Of a stretch of DNA of 64,000 nucleotides, positions 1 to 9,762 are shown one piece after another. Origin of the DNA: Nannocystales bacterium (GTDB lineage Bacteria > Myxococcota_A > Polyangia > Nannocystales > Nannocystaceae). Position 1 is the stretch's first letter; each line of letters opens with the position of its first letter. Below the pieces are notes generated by a model. The model had not been told where the DNA came from, did not search any database, and worked only from the letters and a program-made list of their open reading frames with translations. Location: the NCBI GenBank assembly GCA_050633305.1, contig JBOEGF010000002.1, positions 287,701-351,700 of the forward strand, read 5' to 3'. The position numbers and the translations under genes were made by a program.

Positions 1-5
1 CCGGG

Positions 6-425
6 TCAGGACTCTGGCTGATACGCCGCGGTGAATTCGGCCGAGGGGGGGATGTTTTCGATCACGTCCACCAGGTTTCCGGCGGGGTCCTGCGTGATGA
101 AATGGCGTTGGCCAAACGCTTCGTCGCGCAAGGGCAGCAACGGCGGCAGGCCGCCCTCCTCGACGAGGCGCCTGTATGCCTCCGTCGCATCCTTGACCTC
201 GAGGTTGACCAGGGTCCGGAACTCGAGGTCACGGGACTCGGCCGGAATGGTCGAGTGGCCTGCGGCGAGCACGGCCAACTCGAACTGCGTGGCCGTGGCG
301 TGCCGCAAGCTGACGTACCAGTCGGACTCGAAGCTCACCTCAAAACCGAAGTGTCGACGGTAGAACGCGACCGTTTCGACCACCGCGGGCGTGATCAGCA
401 CGGGATAGCTGCTGGAAAGGGACAT
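6..425 (-). CDS. VOC family (glyoxalase/bleomycin resistance) protein
   Basis: MSLSSSYPVL...VAFYRRHFGFE...LRDEAFGQRHFITQDPAGNLVDVIE is a typical VOC pattern; ATG at 425; divergent from a TetR gene. Confidence 0.9.
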   Translation of the reverse strand: MSLSSSYPVLITPAVVETVAFYRRHFGFEVSFESDWYVSLRHATATQFELAVLAAGHSTIPAESRDLEFRTLVNLEVKDATEAYRRLVEEGGLPPLLPLRDEAFGQRHFITQDPAGNLVDVIENIPPSAEFTAAYQPES

Positions 426-449
426 CGTGGCATCGCCTTTTACGTTCAT

Positions 450-534
450 CGAGTATGTATACTCGTGATTCCGAAGGATGTTACCGACGACGATCTAGCG
501 CTGCGTGAGCCACGTCATACGTACTGCATGTATG
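450..534. promoter_or_regulatory. Putative TetR operator pair in the divergent promoter
   Basis: Palindromes cgagtat-gt-atactcg (450-465) and catac-N9-gtatg (516-534), both with a GTATG half-site, between VOC and TetR genes. Confidence 0.6.
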
Positions 535-548
535 TTAGTCTGCGTCCC

Positions 549-1130
549 ATGCCACGCCGGACCGCAGAGCAAGCGGCGCAAACCCGTCGCGCCCTGATCG
601 AGGCGGGCATCGAGCACTTCGCCGAGCGCGGCTACGCCTCAGCCAAGCTCGAGGAGCTCATCATCTCCGTCGGCGTGACACGGGGCGCCCTGTACCACCA
701 CTTCGGCAACAAGCGCGGGTTCTTCGACGCGGTGGTCGAACACCTGCTCGAGGCGCTCGGCGAGCGCGTGACCCGGGCCAGCGCGAAGGCGGGCGATGGC
801 TGGCCCGGCATCGAAGCTGGCTGCTCCGTCTTCCTGGGCGCCGCGATCGACCCGGTCTACCGCCGTGTCGTGATCATCGACGGCGCTGCCGCGTTGGGTT
901 GGCACCGCTACAAGGAGCTCGACGACCGCTACCTGACGCGTCCGCTCCAGGAGGGTTTGAACGCAGCGGCCCGCGAGCACGCCGACACCGAAGCACTCGC
1001 GACCGCGCTGTCCGGCGCGATGAACGAGCTCGCCCTGTGGGTGGCTGGCCACGACAAGCCACGCGCCGCCCTCCGCCGCGCACGCGGCACCATCGCGGCG
1101 CTGACCGCCTCTGCACGTATCGACACCTGA
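549..1130 (+). CDS. TetR/AcrR family transcriptional regulator
   Basis: MPRRTAEQAAQTRRALIEAGIEHFAERGY...VGVTRGALYHHFGNK helix-turn-helix; ATG at 549. Confidence 0.93.
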   Translation: MPRRTAEQAAQTRRALIEAGIEHFAERGYASAKLEELIISVGVTRGALYHHFGNKRGFFDAVVEHLLEALGERVTRASAKAGDGWPGIEAGCSVFLGAAIDPVYRRVVIIDGAAALGWHRYKELDDRYLTRPLQEGLNAAAREHADTEALATALSGAMNELALWVAGHDKPRAALRRARGTIAALTASARIDT

Positions 1131-1232
1131 CCAATGAGGTCCGGTCACATGCACTGCGCGCCATTGTCATGAAGCACCCAGAATCTCGCGTGTTCGCGAG
1201 ACCTCTTCGACGACGCGCGCGTTCCTGCCCCC

Positions 1233-1763
1233 ATGCACCTCCTCTTGGAACTCCTGGCGGCGCTCGGCCTTCTGGGTCCAACGACCGCCCCCTCCGACGA
1301 AGCCAAGCCCGCCGAGACTCACACCGTGTCGCCGGCCCCGCGCGCGAGCATCCCGCCCAACCTCGAGGCCACTTTGAAAGACGGACCACGAGACAAGCAC
1401 CGGGTGGTCGTCCGGTTCGAGGACGATGTGGATGTCGCCGCGCTCCGGCGGAAGCACGCCTCCACCGCGAAGTTCATGCGCGCGCTGCGTTCACTCCGCG
1501 CACAGGAGCGAAAGACCATGCTCGCGAGGTTTCGGCGAGCAGGGTTGAAGGTCGAGGACATCCACGCGTTCACCCTCGTCAGCGCAGTCTCCCTCACCGC
1601 GCCTGGCCGCGACATCCTGAAGCTGGCGTCCCTCGATGGGGTCACCGCCATCACCGCGCCCCAGAAGCGCAAGCCGACCGGCAAGAAGAGACCGACCGGT
1701 AAGAAGAGTCCGACCGGCAAGAAGAGACCGACCGGTAAGAAGAGACCGACCAGGACCCTGTGA
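1233..1763 (+). CDS. Secreted protein with peptidase-inhibitor-I9/prodomain-like region and basic repeat tail
   Basis: Hydrophobic N-terminus; RVVVRFED...FTLVSAVSLTA...ILKLASLDGVTAI resembles a subtilase propeptide; C-terminal (PTGKKR/S)x4. Confidence 0.55.
   Translation: MHLLLELLAALGLLGPTTAPSDEAKPAETHTVSPAPRASIPPNLEATLKDGPRDKHRVVVRFEDDVDVAALRRKHASTAKFMRALRSLRAQERKTMLARFRRAGLKVEDIHAFTLVSAVSLTAPGRDILKLASLDGVTAITAPQKRKPTGKKRPTGKKSPTGKKRPTGKKRPTRTL
1674..1751 (+). repeat. 18-bp coding tandem repeat, about 4.3 copies
   Basis: ccgaccgg(c/t)aagaagag(a/t) units at 1674, 1692, 1710, 1728, partial at 1746. Confidence 0.95.
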
Positions 1764-1876
1764 ACACGTCAGCGCGCCCGACGGTCGGGACACAGCGCGT
1801 TCGACACCCCAAGAGAGCAAAGGGGCATCCCCAGGCCGAATGCTTGGCTCGACAAGCACCCGCCCGCCCGCCCGTC

Positions 1877-3010
1877 TCAGTAGGAGACCTCGACGGCGAC
1901 GCTCGCCGCGTCGATCTCACTCTGCCAGGGGAACGTGGTCTCGACGTGGCCGAAGCGCAAGCGCAGGGTCTCCCCCTCGTTCGATTGGAGGAAGGAGAGC
2001 AGCTCGCCGCTGTCGATGGTGGTCTCTTCCCAGGTGACGCCGACCGTTCCCACCATGTCCACGGGCAAGTACAGCTCGAAGAGGATCGGGGCGTCGAAGA
2101 CGTCCTCGGCAGGGTCGATCAGGTCGACCCGGAATGCGTTGGACTCGGTCTTCGCTCCACCGGAACCCACCATGATGGTCTGCACGAGGTCGGGCGACAG
2201 CACGGCCCCGGGGTTCTGAGCGAAGTCGACTGAGAACGCCGCTGCGGTGATGCCCACCGGGACCTCGAAGTCTTGATACAGGGTCCGAGCCGCCGGCCCG
2301 CTCGAGAGGCCAGCCGTAACCACACCCGATCCCGCGGCCGTCTCGGTAAACACAGTAGTCTGGTCGATTGCCCCATCGGGGTTGTTCACCGTCATCCAGT
2401 CGGTGAACGCGTCGTCGAAGGCTCCGTTGAGAAGCAGCTCGCGCGTTCCACTGCACAGCGGAGCCTCGCAGCTGTCGCCCTCTTCGCAGGAGTTGTCGCA
2501 AGAGCCACATGCGTCCACCGTGTCGAGCATGGCTTCGCAACCGTCCGCCTCGGGGTCGCAGTCACCGAACCCGTCGTCGCAGGTGAACCCGCAGCCTCCG
2601 TCACACGCGGGCACTCCGTTCGCGCCGTCTGGGCAGACCTCACCACAATCGAGGCAGTTCATCGGGTCGGTCTGCAGGTCGATACACATGTCCCCGCATG
2701 GAGTCAGTCCTTCATCGCAGCTGATTCCACCCGACGAGGAGTCGGCCGCCGTCGACTCCGAACCGCCGCTGGACGCATCGGTCGTGCTGGTGCCACCCGA
2801 AGTCGTCGAGGGGTCGGTCGTGTTCGTGGGGTCGGTCGTGTCCGTGACCGTGGCCGTCGCCGTCGCTGTCGTGTCGGACGAGGTCGACCCCCCGTCGTCG
2901 TCATCGTCCGTCCCGGCGTTCCCTGAGTTCACGTCGTCGCCACATGCCGCGGCGGGGCTGAGAAGGGTCAATAGGAGTAGTCGTCGAAGGGCTGGGTGTG
3001 AAGTCGGCAC
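1877..3010 (-). CDS. Lipoprotein with Ser/Thr linker, Cys-rich repeats and C-terminal beta-sandwich-like domain
   Basis: Lipobox AAAC; S/T-rich linker; CIDLQTDPMNCLDCGEVC Cys repeats; ELLLNGAFD start of a CBM-like domain. Confidence 0.85.
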   Translation of the reverse strand: MPTSHPALRRLLLLTLLSPAAACGDDVNSGNAGTDDDDDGGSTSSDTTATATATVTDTTDPTNTTDPSTTSGGTSTTDASSGGSESTAADSSSGGISCDEGLTPCGDMCIDLQTDPMNCLDCGEVCPDGANGVPACDGGCGFTCDDGFGDCDPEADGCEAMLDTVDACGSCDNSCEEGDSCEAPLCSGTRELLLNGAFDDAFTDWMTVNNPDGAIDQTTVFTETAAGSGVVTAGLSSGPAARTLYQDFEVPVGITAAAFSVDFAQNPGAVLSPDLVQTIMVGSGGAKTESNAFRVDLIDPAEDVFDAPILFELYLPVDMVGTVGVTWEETTIDSGELLSFLQSNEGETLRLRFGHVETTFPWQSEIDAASVAVEVSY

Positions 3011-3191
3011 CGCACTATCGTGCGCCTTCGGGCGACTTCAACAAAGGGCGTGACGCCGGCAAACGTGGCCCGAGTGAGACCCGTTCGCGACATCGCGCGC
3101 GCGAACTTTTCGTACGTTGTTGACCCCCGTCCCGCTACGAGCCGGATCCCCGGAACCTCGTCCCACCAGCTCGATACCGGGCGGCCGCCCT

Positions 3192-3250
3192 CGTCTCGGA
3201 GTCGTGCATGGCGCGACCGGATGGCCAGGGTCGAAGCGTTCCGGGACCCG
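3192..3250 (+). repeat. Internally deleted copy of the RAYT downstream flank (4346-4495)
   Basis: gtctcggagtc(g/a)tgcatggcgc and ggccagggtcgaagcg(t/c)tccgggacccg are adjacent here but about 90 bp apart at 4347-4495. Confidence 0.75.
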
Positions 3251-3805
3251 GCCGCGGGCGACGGCTGATGTACGAAGCACATCTCCCGGCCTGGATCTCT
3301 CCACCTCCCCAGACTCGACGTCTCCCTCCCGCGGTCTATCTTCCTCTTGTGGGCTCGGCAGTCTCCATGTCGCTCCGGAAGACCTCGTAGACCACGAAAT
3401 CAGTGCCGCCCGAGCCCAGGAACTCGGCCAACAGCGGTTTGACCTCCCCCTGCCACGACAGCTTGCCGAGACCGGCGACGATCTTTGGTAACGCAACGGA
3501 CGAGGGCCCTTACAGTGCCCAACGCCGACGCCCGCGTCTCCATGGCTTGGCTTCCCACTCGTGTGCTCGCTGGCAAGACGTGCCAAGGCTGCGCGGACGC
3601 TCCGCAAGCCACGCTCGACGCAGAGCACATGGCACTTCCGATGCTGTTCCAGCGTTCGGTTCTCGTTGCACGGAACTCCATCGCGCGGCTCGAAGGGCCC
3701 AGGCCCCCGCTGGCCGACCGCTGACCCACTAGGGACAGGTTCCCAACGCGTAGGATTTCTCGCAGGGCTCGTGATCGAACTTCGCTCGGGAGCGACTACC
3801 AGTGC

Positions 3806-4294
3806 GTGAACCTTCGTAAAGGACTCTTGCTCGCCTCTTTGGCGGCTATCGTGGCGTGTGACAACGACACGCGGTCGTGCACCGATCAATCGTGCACGCC
3901 CTTGAGGATCGAGATCGAGCTGGACACGGCGTTGCTCAGCGAACCGACGATCGAACTCGTCGCCGATGGCGAACCATTCTCGCAGACCTGCTCCCTCCCC
4001 GAACTCGACGTCTACCGCCCTTGTGTGACGCAAGGGGGCGACCTCGGCGAGCAATTCGCCGTGAGCACCGACTTGCTCGGGCGCGAAGGCAGCGTCGTCG
4101 CGATCATCACAGTGGCCAACTACGGCAAATCCCACAGGACTGGGCCAAGCCAGCTCCAGGTGTCGATCGATGGCGGGGAAGGCGAGGTGTTTGGGGAGGT
4201 GTTCTCGCCCGAATACGAGGACCTCGGCGAGTTCTGGGGCGCGGGCTGTGGCACATGCTCCAGCACGGAAATCCTGCGACCGCTGGCCGACTAG
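3806..4294 (+). CDS. Hypothetical lipoprotein
   Basis: MNLRKGLLLASLAAIVAC lipobox; C-terminal FSPEY..WGAGCGTC. Confidence 0.8.
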   Translation: MNLRKGLLLASLAAIVACDNDTRSCTDQSCTPLRIEIELDTALLSEPTIELVADGEPFSQTCSLPELDVYRPCVTQGGDLGEQFAVSTDLLGREGSVVAIITVANYGKSHRTGPSQLQVSIDGGEGEVFGEVFSPEYEDLGEFWGAGCGTCSSTEILRPLAD

Positions 4295-4309
4295 GACCAA
4301 GCGCGTCAG

Positions 4310-4352
4310 AGGGGGGGGAGAACCTGTCTCGGGGGGGGGAGAACCTGTCTCG
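4310..4352. repeat. REP-like tandem duplet next to RAYT
   Basis: (G)n-agaacctgtctcg twice; acctgtctcg is the reverse complement of cgagacaggt at 5575-5584. Confidence 0.65.
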
Positions 4353-4555
4353 GAGTCATGCATGGCGCTACCAGACCCCCGAGCACTCAACACCCCGCGG
4401 ACGCACGGAGTCTTGCGAAGACTCGAACCCTCCCTGGCCCCGAGGGACGTGCACCCATGCGCCTGACGGCCAGGGTCGAAGCGCTCCGGGACCCGAACAA
4501 CCAGCGCGAACGGACGAGCCAGGGCCCGCCTCCCGGAGTTCCAGTTTTCCCCGGC

Positions 4556-5536
4556 CTACGCGACCAGAAGCAGGTCAAGCGGGATCGGCTCGGTCAGCAC
4601 TTCGTGCCGCAACCGCATCCGGACCGTCCCCGCCGGAAACACCACATCACGCTCGCCAGCGTTCCACCGAGCGAGCGCGAGTCGATAGTCTCGCAAGAAC
4701 CGCCCCCGCAGCCCCCTCATCCGGCTCCGTTGCTCCCGTGTCTGGGTCGAGAACGTCGGCTGCCGGCCAAACAACTCCGCCCCTTTTGTGGGCACGGTCG
4801 ACCAGTGGACTCTCAGAGCGGCCTTCATCCCGAGCACAGGTTTCCCTGCGCGTTCGACCTGAATCTTGGCCTCACGCTTTTTCAGCCCTTCGCGGACTTT
4901 CGCACGAAGCTCCTCATCCGACAGCTCGGGCATGATCCGGGGCCGATCGATCATGAGCACGGCGGTCTCGGGCATCTTCGAGCGGTCCGCGAAGGCAGCT
5001 CGGCCGGAGCGTTGGGAGCGCCGGCGGTGCTTGTGCTGTTGCTTCTTTGACCAGATTCCGATGCGCGGCTTCGAGATGACGTACTGCTTGCCGTACGGCA
5101 TCCGCAGCGAGTTCAACCCCTTCCAGTGCGCGGCCTTGTGGACAATGCCAGCCGCAACGGCGTTGGCGAGGGTGTAGACGCAGTGCTCGAGAACCCTCTC
5201 GTCACCCAGGACTGTCTGAATGCCGGGTCCATCCGCGAAGAACTTGCCGCCCTTGCCGCGGAGCGCGTTCAGCTCGCGGGCGACGACTGCGTTGAAATCC
5301 TGAAGGAAGTCGCTGACTCGCCCGAACCGGTCGAACAACACGATATGGTAGTGCGTCGAGAGGAACTCGTAGAATTCCATGCCCCATTTCTCCCTGTGCT
5401 TCGAGGACACGGCCGCGAAGGCGAACTCAAGAACGCGATTGACGCGTTTTCTGGGAACGAGACGGTAGCTGCGATGGACCGCGCGCACCGTGACGTACAG
5501 CGTGGTGTCAGGATAGAGGTTTCGGGGGCTCGACAT
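4556..5536 (-). mobile_element. REP-associated tyrosine (HUH/Y1) transposase, RAYT
   Basis: YVTVRAVHRSYRL N-terminus; HUH motif STHYHIVL; YTLANAVAAGIV...W; C-terminal VVFPAGT; ATG at 5536. Confidence 0.88.
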
Positions 5537-5574
5537 TGCACGGCAACGGTCGACCGTGGGCCGCGGCTGTTGCA

Positions 5575-5600
5575 CGAGACAGGTCTTCCGGACTGGTCTC
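5575..5600. repeat. REP-like imperfect hairpin upstream of RAYT
   Basis: gagacaggtc-ttccg-gactggtctc; a perfect palindrome acggtcgaccgt lies just before it. Confidence 0.55.
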
Positions 5601-5709
5601 TCCCGCCCCTCTGATCTCCTCGCCCCTCAACCCCAACAGCTGCCGGCGAAGTTTCTAGCCCTTGCGACTGTTCGTTCACGGGCATGCGTTCTAGAGTCCA
5701 GGTGTGACG

Positions 5710-6918
5710 ATGTCTCAAGTTAACCGGGTCGGTTCAGGGCGTGCAGCGAGTCTCGGCTTTGCACTCGGGACACTCGCGACACTCGCGACACTCGGGTGCT
5801 CGAGCGACGAGGCCGGAGCCGGAGCCACCGACGGTATCGAGTCCGCCGGTGTCGACGCTGACCCCGGTGTTTCGGAGTCGACAGGCGACGCACCGTCTTC
5901 GACAAGCTCAGGCGACGCCACCTCCACGGGGCCTGGCGGCGTCACGTCGATGACCTCCGACGACTCCGACGACTCAGACTCCGGCCCCCCGCCGATCGTT
6001 CTCGACGTGAACGAGGTCCCCAAGGGCAGCGCAGCGTGCGATGAGCAAGCACCGACGATCGACTTCGTAGAGCCGACGATGGTCATGGTCCTCGACCACT
6101 CGGGTTCGATGGGCGGCAGCTTCACCGATCCCGTGCTCGGCTCCATCACGCGGTGGAATGCGCTTCACAACGCCGTCACGTTTATCCTCGAGAGCTACGC
6201 ACCGGTCGTCGAGTTCGGCGTCAAGGTGTTTCCCACCAACTCCAGTGACAGCTGCGGCGTCTCGGCGGGCCTCGACGTGGACCCAGCACTCGACAACGAC
6301 GCCCCGATCCTCAGCTCGATACCGCTGGCGTCCAGTAACGGCACCGGAGGCACGCCCGCCTACGAGGCGTTCGTCCAGGGAGCCCTCTCGCTCGTCCTCG
6401 AGGCCGATCCGGACCGGCCTCGCGCCGCGCTGCTCGTCCTCGACGGGGACGCAGGGTGCGCGGGTTCTCCGGCAGCGCTGACGACCGAGATCGACGCTCT
6501 GTTTCAGAGCCACGGGATCCCGACCTATGTCGTCGGCGTCGACATCGGCACGGCCACGGTCGCTGCCATGAACGGCTACGCGGAGGCCGGCGGCGTCCCG
6601 CTCGGCATGCCCGGGGACGTCGAGCGCTTCTACAACGCCACCGACACCACTCAGCTGCAATCGTTCATGGACGTGGTCATCGGCGACTTGCTCAGCTGCG
6701 ACCTTGACCTCGACCCGGCCCCCACGCACCCCAGCCTCGCTGAGGTCGACATCGCTGGCGGTCAGTACGACTTGATCGATTCCGAAGCATGCGAGGCCGG
6801 CGAGGAGGGCTGGACATACAGCGTCGAGTACACCCAGATTCGCCTCTGCGGAGCAGCCTGCGAGGCCTACCGCGACGTTCAGCAGGCCGACGTGGCGTTT
6901 TTCTGCCCGCAGGGATGA
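5710..6918 (+). CDS. vWA domain lipoprotein
   Basis: Lipobox TLGC; S/T linker; MIDAS motif VLDHSGSM, GGTP, VLDG; YVVGV; C-terminal IRLCGAAC. Confidence 0.88.
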   Translation: MSQVNRVGSGRAASLGFALGTLATLATLGCSSDEAGAGATDGIESAGVDADPGVSESTGDAPSSTSSGDATSTGPGGVTSMTSDDSDDSDSGPPPIVLDVNEVPKGSAACDEQAPTIDFVEPTMVMVLDHSGSMGGSFTDPVLGSITRWNALHNAVTFILESYAPVVEFGVKVFPTNSSDSCGVSAGLDVDPALDNDAPILSSIPLASSNGTGGTPAYEAFVQGALSLVLEADPDRPRAALLVLDGDAGCAGSPAALTTEIDALFQSHGIPTYVVGVDIGTATVAAMNGYAEAGGVPLGMPGDVERFYNATDTTQLQSFMDVVIGDLLSCDLDLDPAPTHPSLAEVDIAGGQYDLIDSEACEAGEEGWTYSVEYTQIRLCGAACEAYRDVQQADVAFFCPQG

Positions 6919-7164
6919 GCCCGCACCCAACCACGAGTTCCGCCGCCGCAATCAGCGAAGCGGCACGGACTCTGGCGCACGCGCGACTCAGCCAGGCGTT
7001 CGAAGCTCGGGAACGTGTCCTTCGAGGACATTATCCGCAATAGCCGGCCCCGGCCACAGGCCTGAACATTCCGGGACGTCGACCGCATGCGGCTGTGACA
7101 ATAAAACGTCGACGAGTTGTGGTTGGGCGCGTTCTCGCGCACCCGGAGCGGCGCGTTGTTGCGT

Positions 7165-7386
7165 CTACCGCGTCACGGAGGTGTCCAGGCAAATCGGCTG
7201 GGTCGAGTCGTCCATGGACATGAGCCTATGCTCGAGCGCCTCGATCTCCTCCTGCAACCGCTCGACCACCCTCAGCCTTCGCATCGCGAGCCCGCGATCG
7301 CCCGTCGCGTACGCAGCATTGAGGTAGGAGAGGCGTTGACGACGCAGCGCCCCCAACTCGATCTCCAGATTCGCTCGTGCCGACAC
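7165..7386 (-). CDS. Small helical/coiled-coil hypothetical protein
   Basis: GTG start; LEIELGALRRQRL...VERLQEEIEALEHRL heptad pattern. Confidence 0.5.
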   Translation of the reverse strand: MSARANLEIELGALRRQRLSYLNAAYATGDRGLAMRRLRVVERLQEEIEALEHRLMSMDDSTQPICLDTSVTR

Positions 7387-7633
7387 TCTTGAGTTGTACT
7401 CCGACCCGCAACCGAGGGCCCGAAAACGACGCCGAGATTCGACGTGCGCGCTGGGTCGGTTACGACGCCCACGGGATCGGCGAGGCTGCGACTGTGGAGA
7501 TGTAGGAGCGGTGGGGCCTGGCTGGGGGCGCTCACGCCCCGGACAACTGATGTTCCGCCGTGGTCGCGCGAGACGAATCGGAGAACGTCCGGCGTGGAGG
7601 AGTCGCGGCACGAGGCCCCCGGAAACTAAAAAA

Positions 7634-7670
7634 TTGATAATCCAATCAAACTTGATAATATGATCACATT
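7634..7670. promoter_or_regulatory. AT-rich tandem operator, two TGAT-N6-ATCA palindromes
   Basis: ttgataatccaatcaa (7634-7649) and ttgataatatgatcac (7652-7667), 18 bp apart, in a divergent intergenic region of otherwise GC-rich DNA. Confidence 0.6.
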
Positions 7671-7779
7671 CATCCTGAGGCGGGAATATGAGCCCTCTAG
7701 GGGCACTTCACGGACTCTCGAAGTCGCACGCCCCCAAAGCCCCCGAAGCCTCCGCACTTCGCGCCCCCCATAGCAGCCG

Positions 7780-9762
7780 ATGCCACGCCCGCGCCCGACG
7801 ACAACTCCCCTGACCCCCTTCCGTACCGCGAAGGCGCTCGTCGCCGATCAAGACCCGAGCGGCCACAACGTGTCCGCCTCGACAGCGAAGCGGACACGTC
7901 GGCCTTCGAGCGCCTACGAGTCGAGGGCGCCGCTGTTGATGCTCTCCCTGTGTTTGAGCACGACGGGGTGCTTCAACCCGGACGACGCCCCGGCAGCCGA
8001 CGGCGTTGGCGAAAGCTCCACCGGCATGGCGACCACGAGCGGGGTCGTGAGCACTTCGGGCTCGAGCACAACCAGGTCCAGTACGACCTTGCCCAGCACG
8101 ACCCCTCCGGCCGACACCACCGGCAGCACGAGCGGCGGCACGGAGCTTTCCGAAACGACGACAGCATCGGACGAGACGACGACGGGCGCGCCGGCGGTGC
8201 TTTGTGGCGAGGACGAGTTCGTCGCCTCGGGCGTGTGCCTGATGTGTCCCGAGGCGACGTGGAACGAGGCTGGCGATGATGCGGCCGGCCCGGACACGGT
8301 GTGCGATGACGCGTGCTCAGAGGTGCTCGGGGTGACGTGTGACGTCTACGAGCAGGGGTACGTCAAGGCGAGCAACACCGACGAAGAAGACACCTTCGGC
8401 TTCTCGGTCGCGATCTCCGGCGACACGCTCGCCGTATCCGCGCCAGAAGAGGCCAGCGGGGGCACGGGGGTGAACCCGGACGCTCAAGACGACAACACCG
8501 CCGGACAAGCGGGCGCGGTGTATGTCTTCACGCGCGCCAATGGGGAATGGAGCCAGCAGGCCTATCTCAAGGCGGACAACTCGGACGCAGGCGACCGGTT
8601 CGGGGAGTCGATTGCGCTGTTTGGAGACACGCTGGCGGTTGGGGCTCCGTACGAGGGCAGCGGGAGCGGTGGGGTAAGTCCGCAGGGATCCGCAGACAAC
8701 TCCGCCTCAGGCTCCGGTGCCGTGTACATCTTCGAGCGCAGCGCGGAAACGTGGACGCAGCAGGCATACGTCAAAGCCAGCAACACTGGTGCGGGGGACA
8801 GGTTTGGCGTTTCGGTCGCGCTCTCGGGGGACACGCTGCTCGTGGGTGCGCCCCGGGAGGATGGCGCGACCACGGGGGTGAACCCGGCCGACCAAGGGAA
8901 CAACTCGGCCTCCAGCGCAGGCGCGGCCTATGTCTTTGAGCGGGTCGGCGTCACGTGGGTCCAGCAGGCCTATCTCAAGGCGAGCAACGCCGACGCGGGC
9001 GATCGCTTCGGCTCGTTAGTGGCGTTGTTTGGAGACACGCTGGCGGTGTCTGCCTGGGCTGAGGATAGCGCGGCGGTCGGGGTCAATCCCGACGGTGAGG
9101 ACGACAACTCCACATCCAACGCTGGCGCGGTGTACGTGTTCGAACGCAGCGACGCCACCTGGTCGCAGCAGGCGTACTTGAAAGCGAGCAACACGGACGA
9201 AAACGATGAGTTCGGTTCTTCGGTGGCCCTCTCGGGCGACACCCTTGCAGTGGGGGCGTGGGGGGAGGCCAGCGCGACAACGGGAGTCGACGGTGACCAG
9301 AGTGACAACTCCCTCGTTTTGGCGGGTGCCGTCTACGTGTACCAGCGGGTTGCGGGTGCCTGGTCACAGCAGGCGTACATCAAATCGGACAATCCGCGTG
9401 ACGGTGACAGCTTCGGCGAGTATGGCCTCGCACTCTCGGACGACATCCTGGCCGTCGGTGCTTGGAGAGAAGACAGCGCCGCGACCGGGCTCAACGGAGA
9501 CGCGACCAACGACTTTGCCCCGCAGGCTGGTGCGGCGTATCTGTACCGCCGCATGCGCGAGACGTGGTCGCCCTTGGCGTACATCAAGGCCGAAAACACA
9601 AACTCCGGAGACGCGTTTGGACGCTTTTTCGCGCTGTCGGACGGCACGTTGGTCGTCGGGGCACCGGGCGAGGACAGCGATGCGACGGGAGTCGACGGCG
9701 ACGCCAGCGACAACTCCGCCGACGACGCCGGGGCAGCGTATCTCTACCAAGTTGCCCCCTGA
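7780..9762 (+). CDS. FG-GAP/integrin-alpha repeat lipoprotein (true start possibly near 7939)
   Basis: About 7 repeats of QQAYLKASN..AGDRFG.SVALSGDTLAVGA..E...AGAVYVF; lipobox-like TTGC; S/T linker. Confidence 0.92.
   Translation: MPRPRPTTTPLTPFRTAKALVADQDPSGHNVSASTAKRTRRPSSAYESRAPLLMLSLCLSTTGCFNPDDAPAADGVGESSTGMATTSGVVSTSGSSTTRSSTTLPSTTPPADTTGSTSGGTELSETTTASDETTTGAPAVLCGEDEFVASGVCLMCPEATWNEAGDDAAGPDTVCDDACSEVLGVTCDVYEQGYVKASNTDEEDTFGFSVAISGDTLAVSAPEEASGGTGVNPDAQDDNTAGQAGAVYVFTRANGEWSQQAYLKADNSDAGDRFGESIALFGDTLAVGAPYEGSGSGGVSPQGSADNSASGSGAVYIFERSAETWTQQAYVKASNTGAGDRFGVSVALSGDTLLVGAPREDGATTGVNPADQGNNSASSAGAAYVFERVGVTWVQQAYLKASNADAGDRFGSLVALFGDTLAVSAWAEDSAAVGVNPDGEDDNSTSNAGAVYVFERSDATWSQQAYLKASNTDENDEFGSSVALSGDTLAVGAWGEASATTGVDGDQSDNSLVLAGAVYVYQRVAGAWSQQAYIKSDNPRDGDSFGEYGLALSDDILAVGAWREDSAATGLNGDATNDFAPQAGAAYLYRRMRETWSPLAYIKAENTNSGDAFGRFFALSDGTLVVGAPGEDSDATGVDGDASDNSADDAGAAYLYQVAP

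Noticed and set aside
102..548. N-terminal extension of the TetR ORF
   Set aside because: Antisense to the VOC gene and spans the operator region; the real start is 549
3370..3430. PEDLVDHEISAAR as a third copy of the PEDIAAELHGAR repeat
   Set aside because: Similarity is too short and nucleotide identity too low to support
8350..9750. Regular repeats as a possible CRISPR array
   Set aside because: They are in-frame FG-GAP protein repeats with codon-level divergence; no unique spacers and no cas genes
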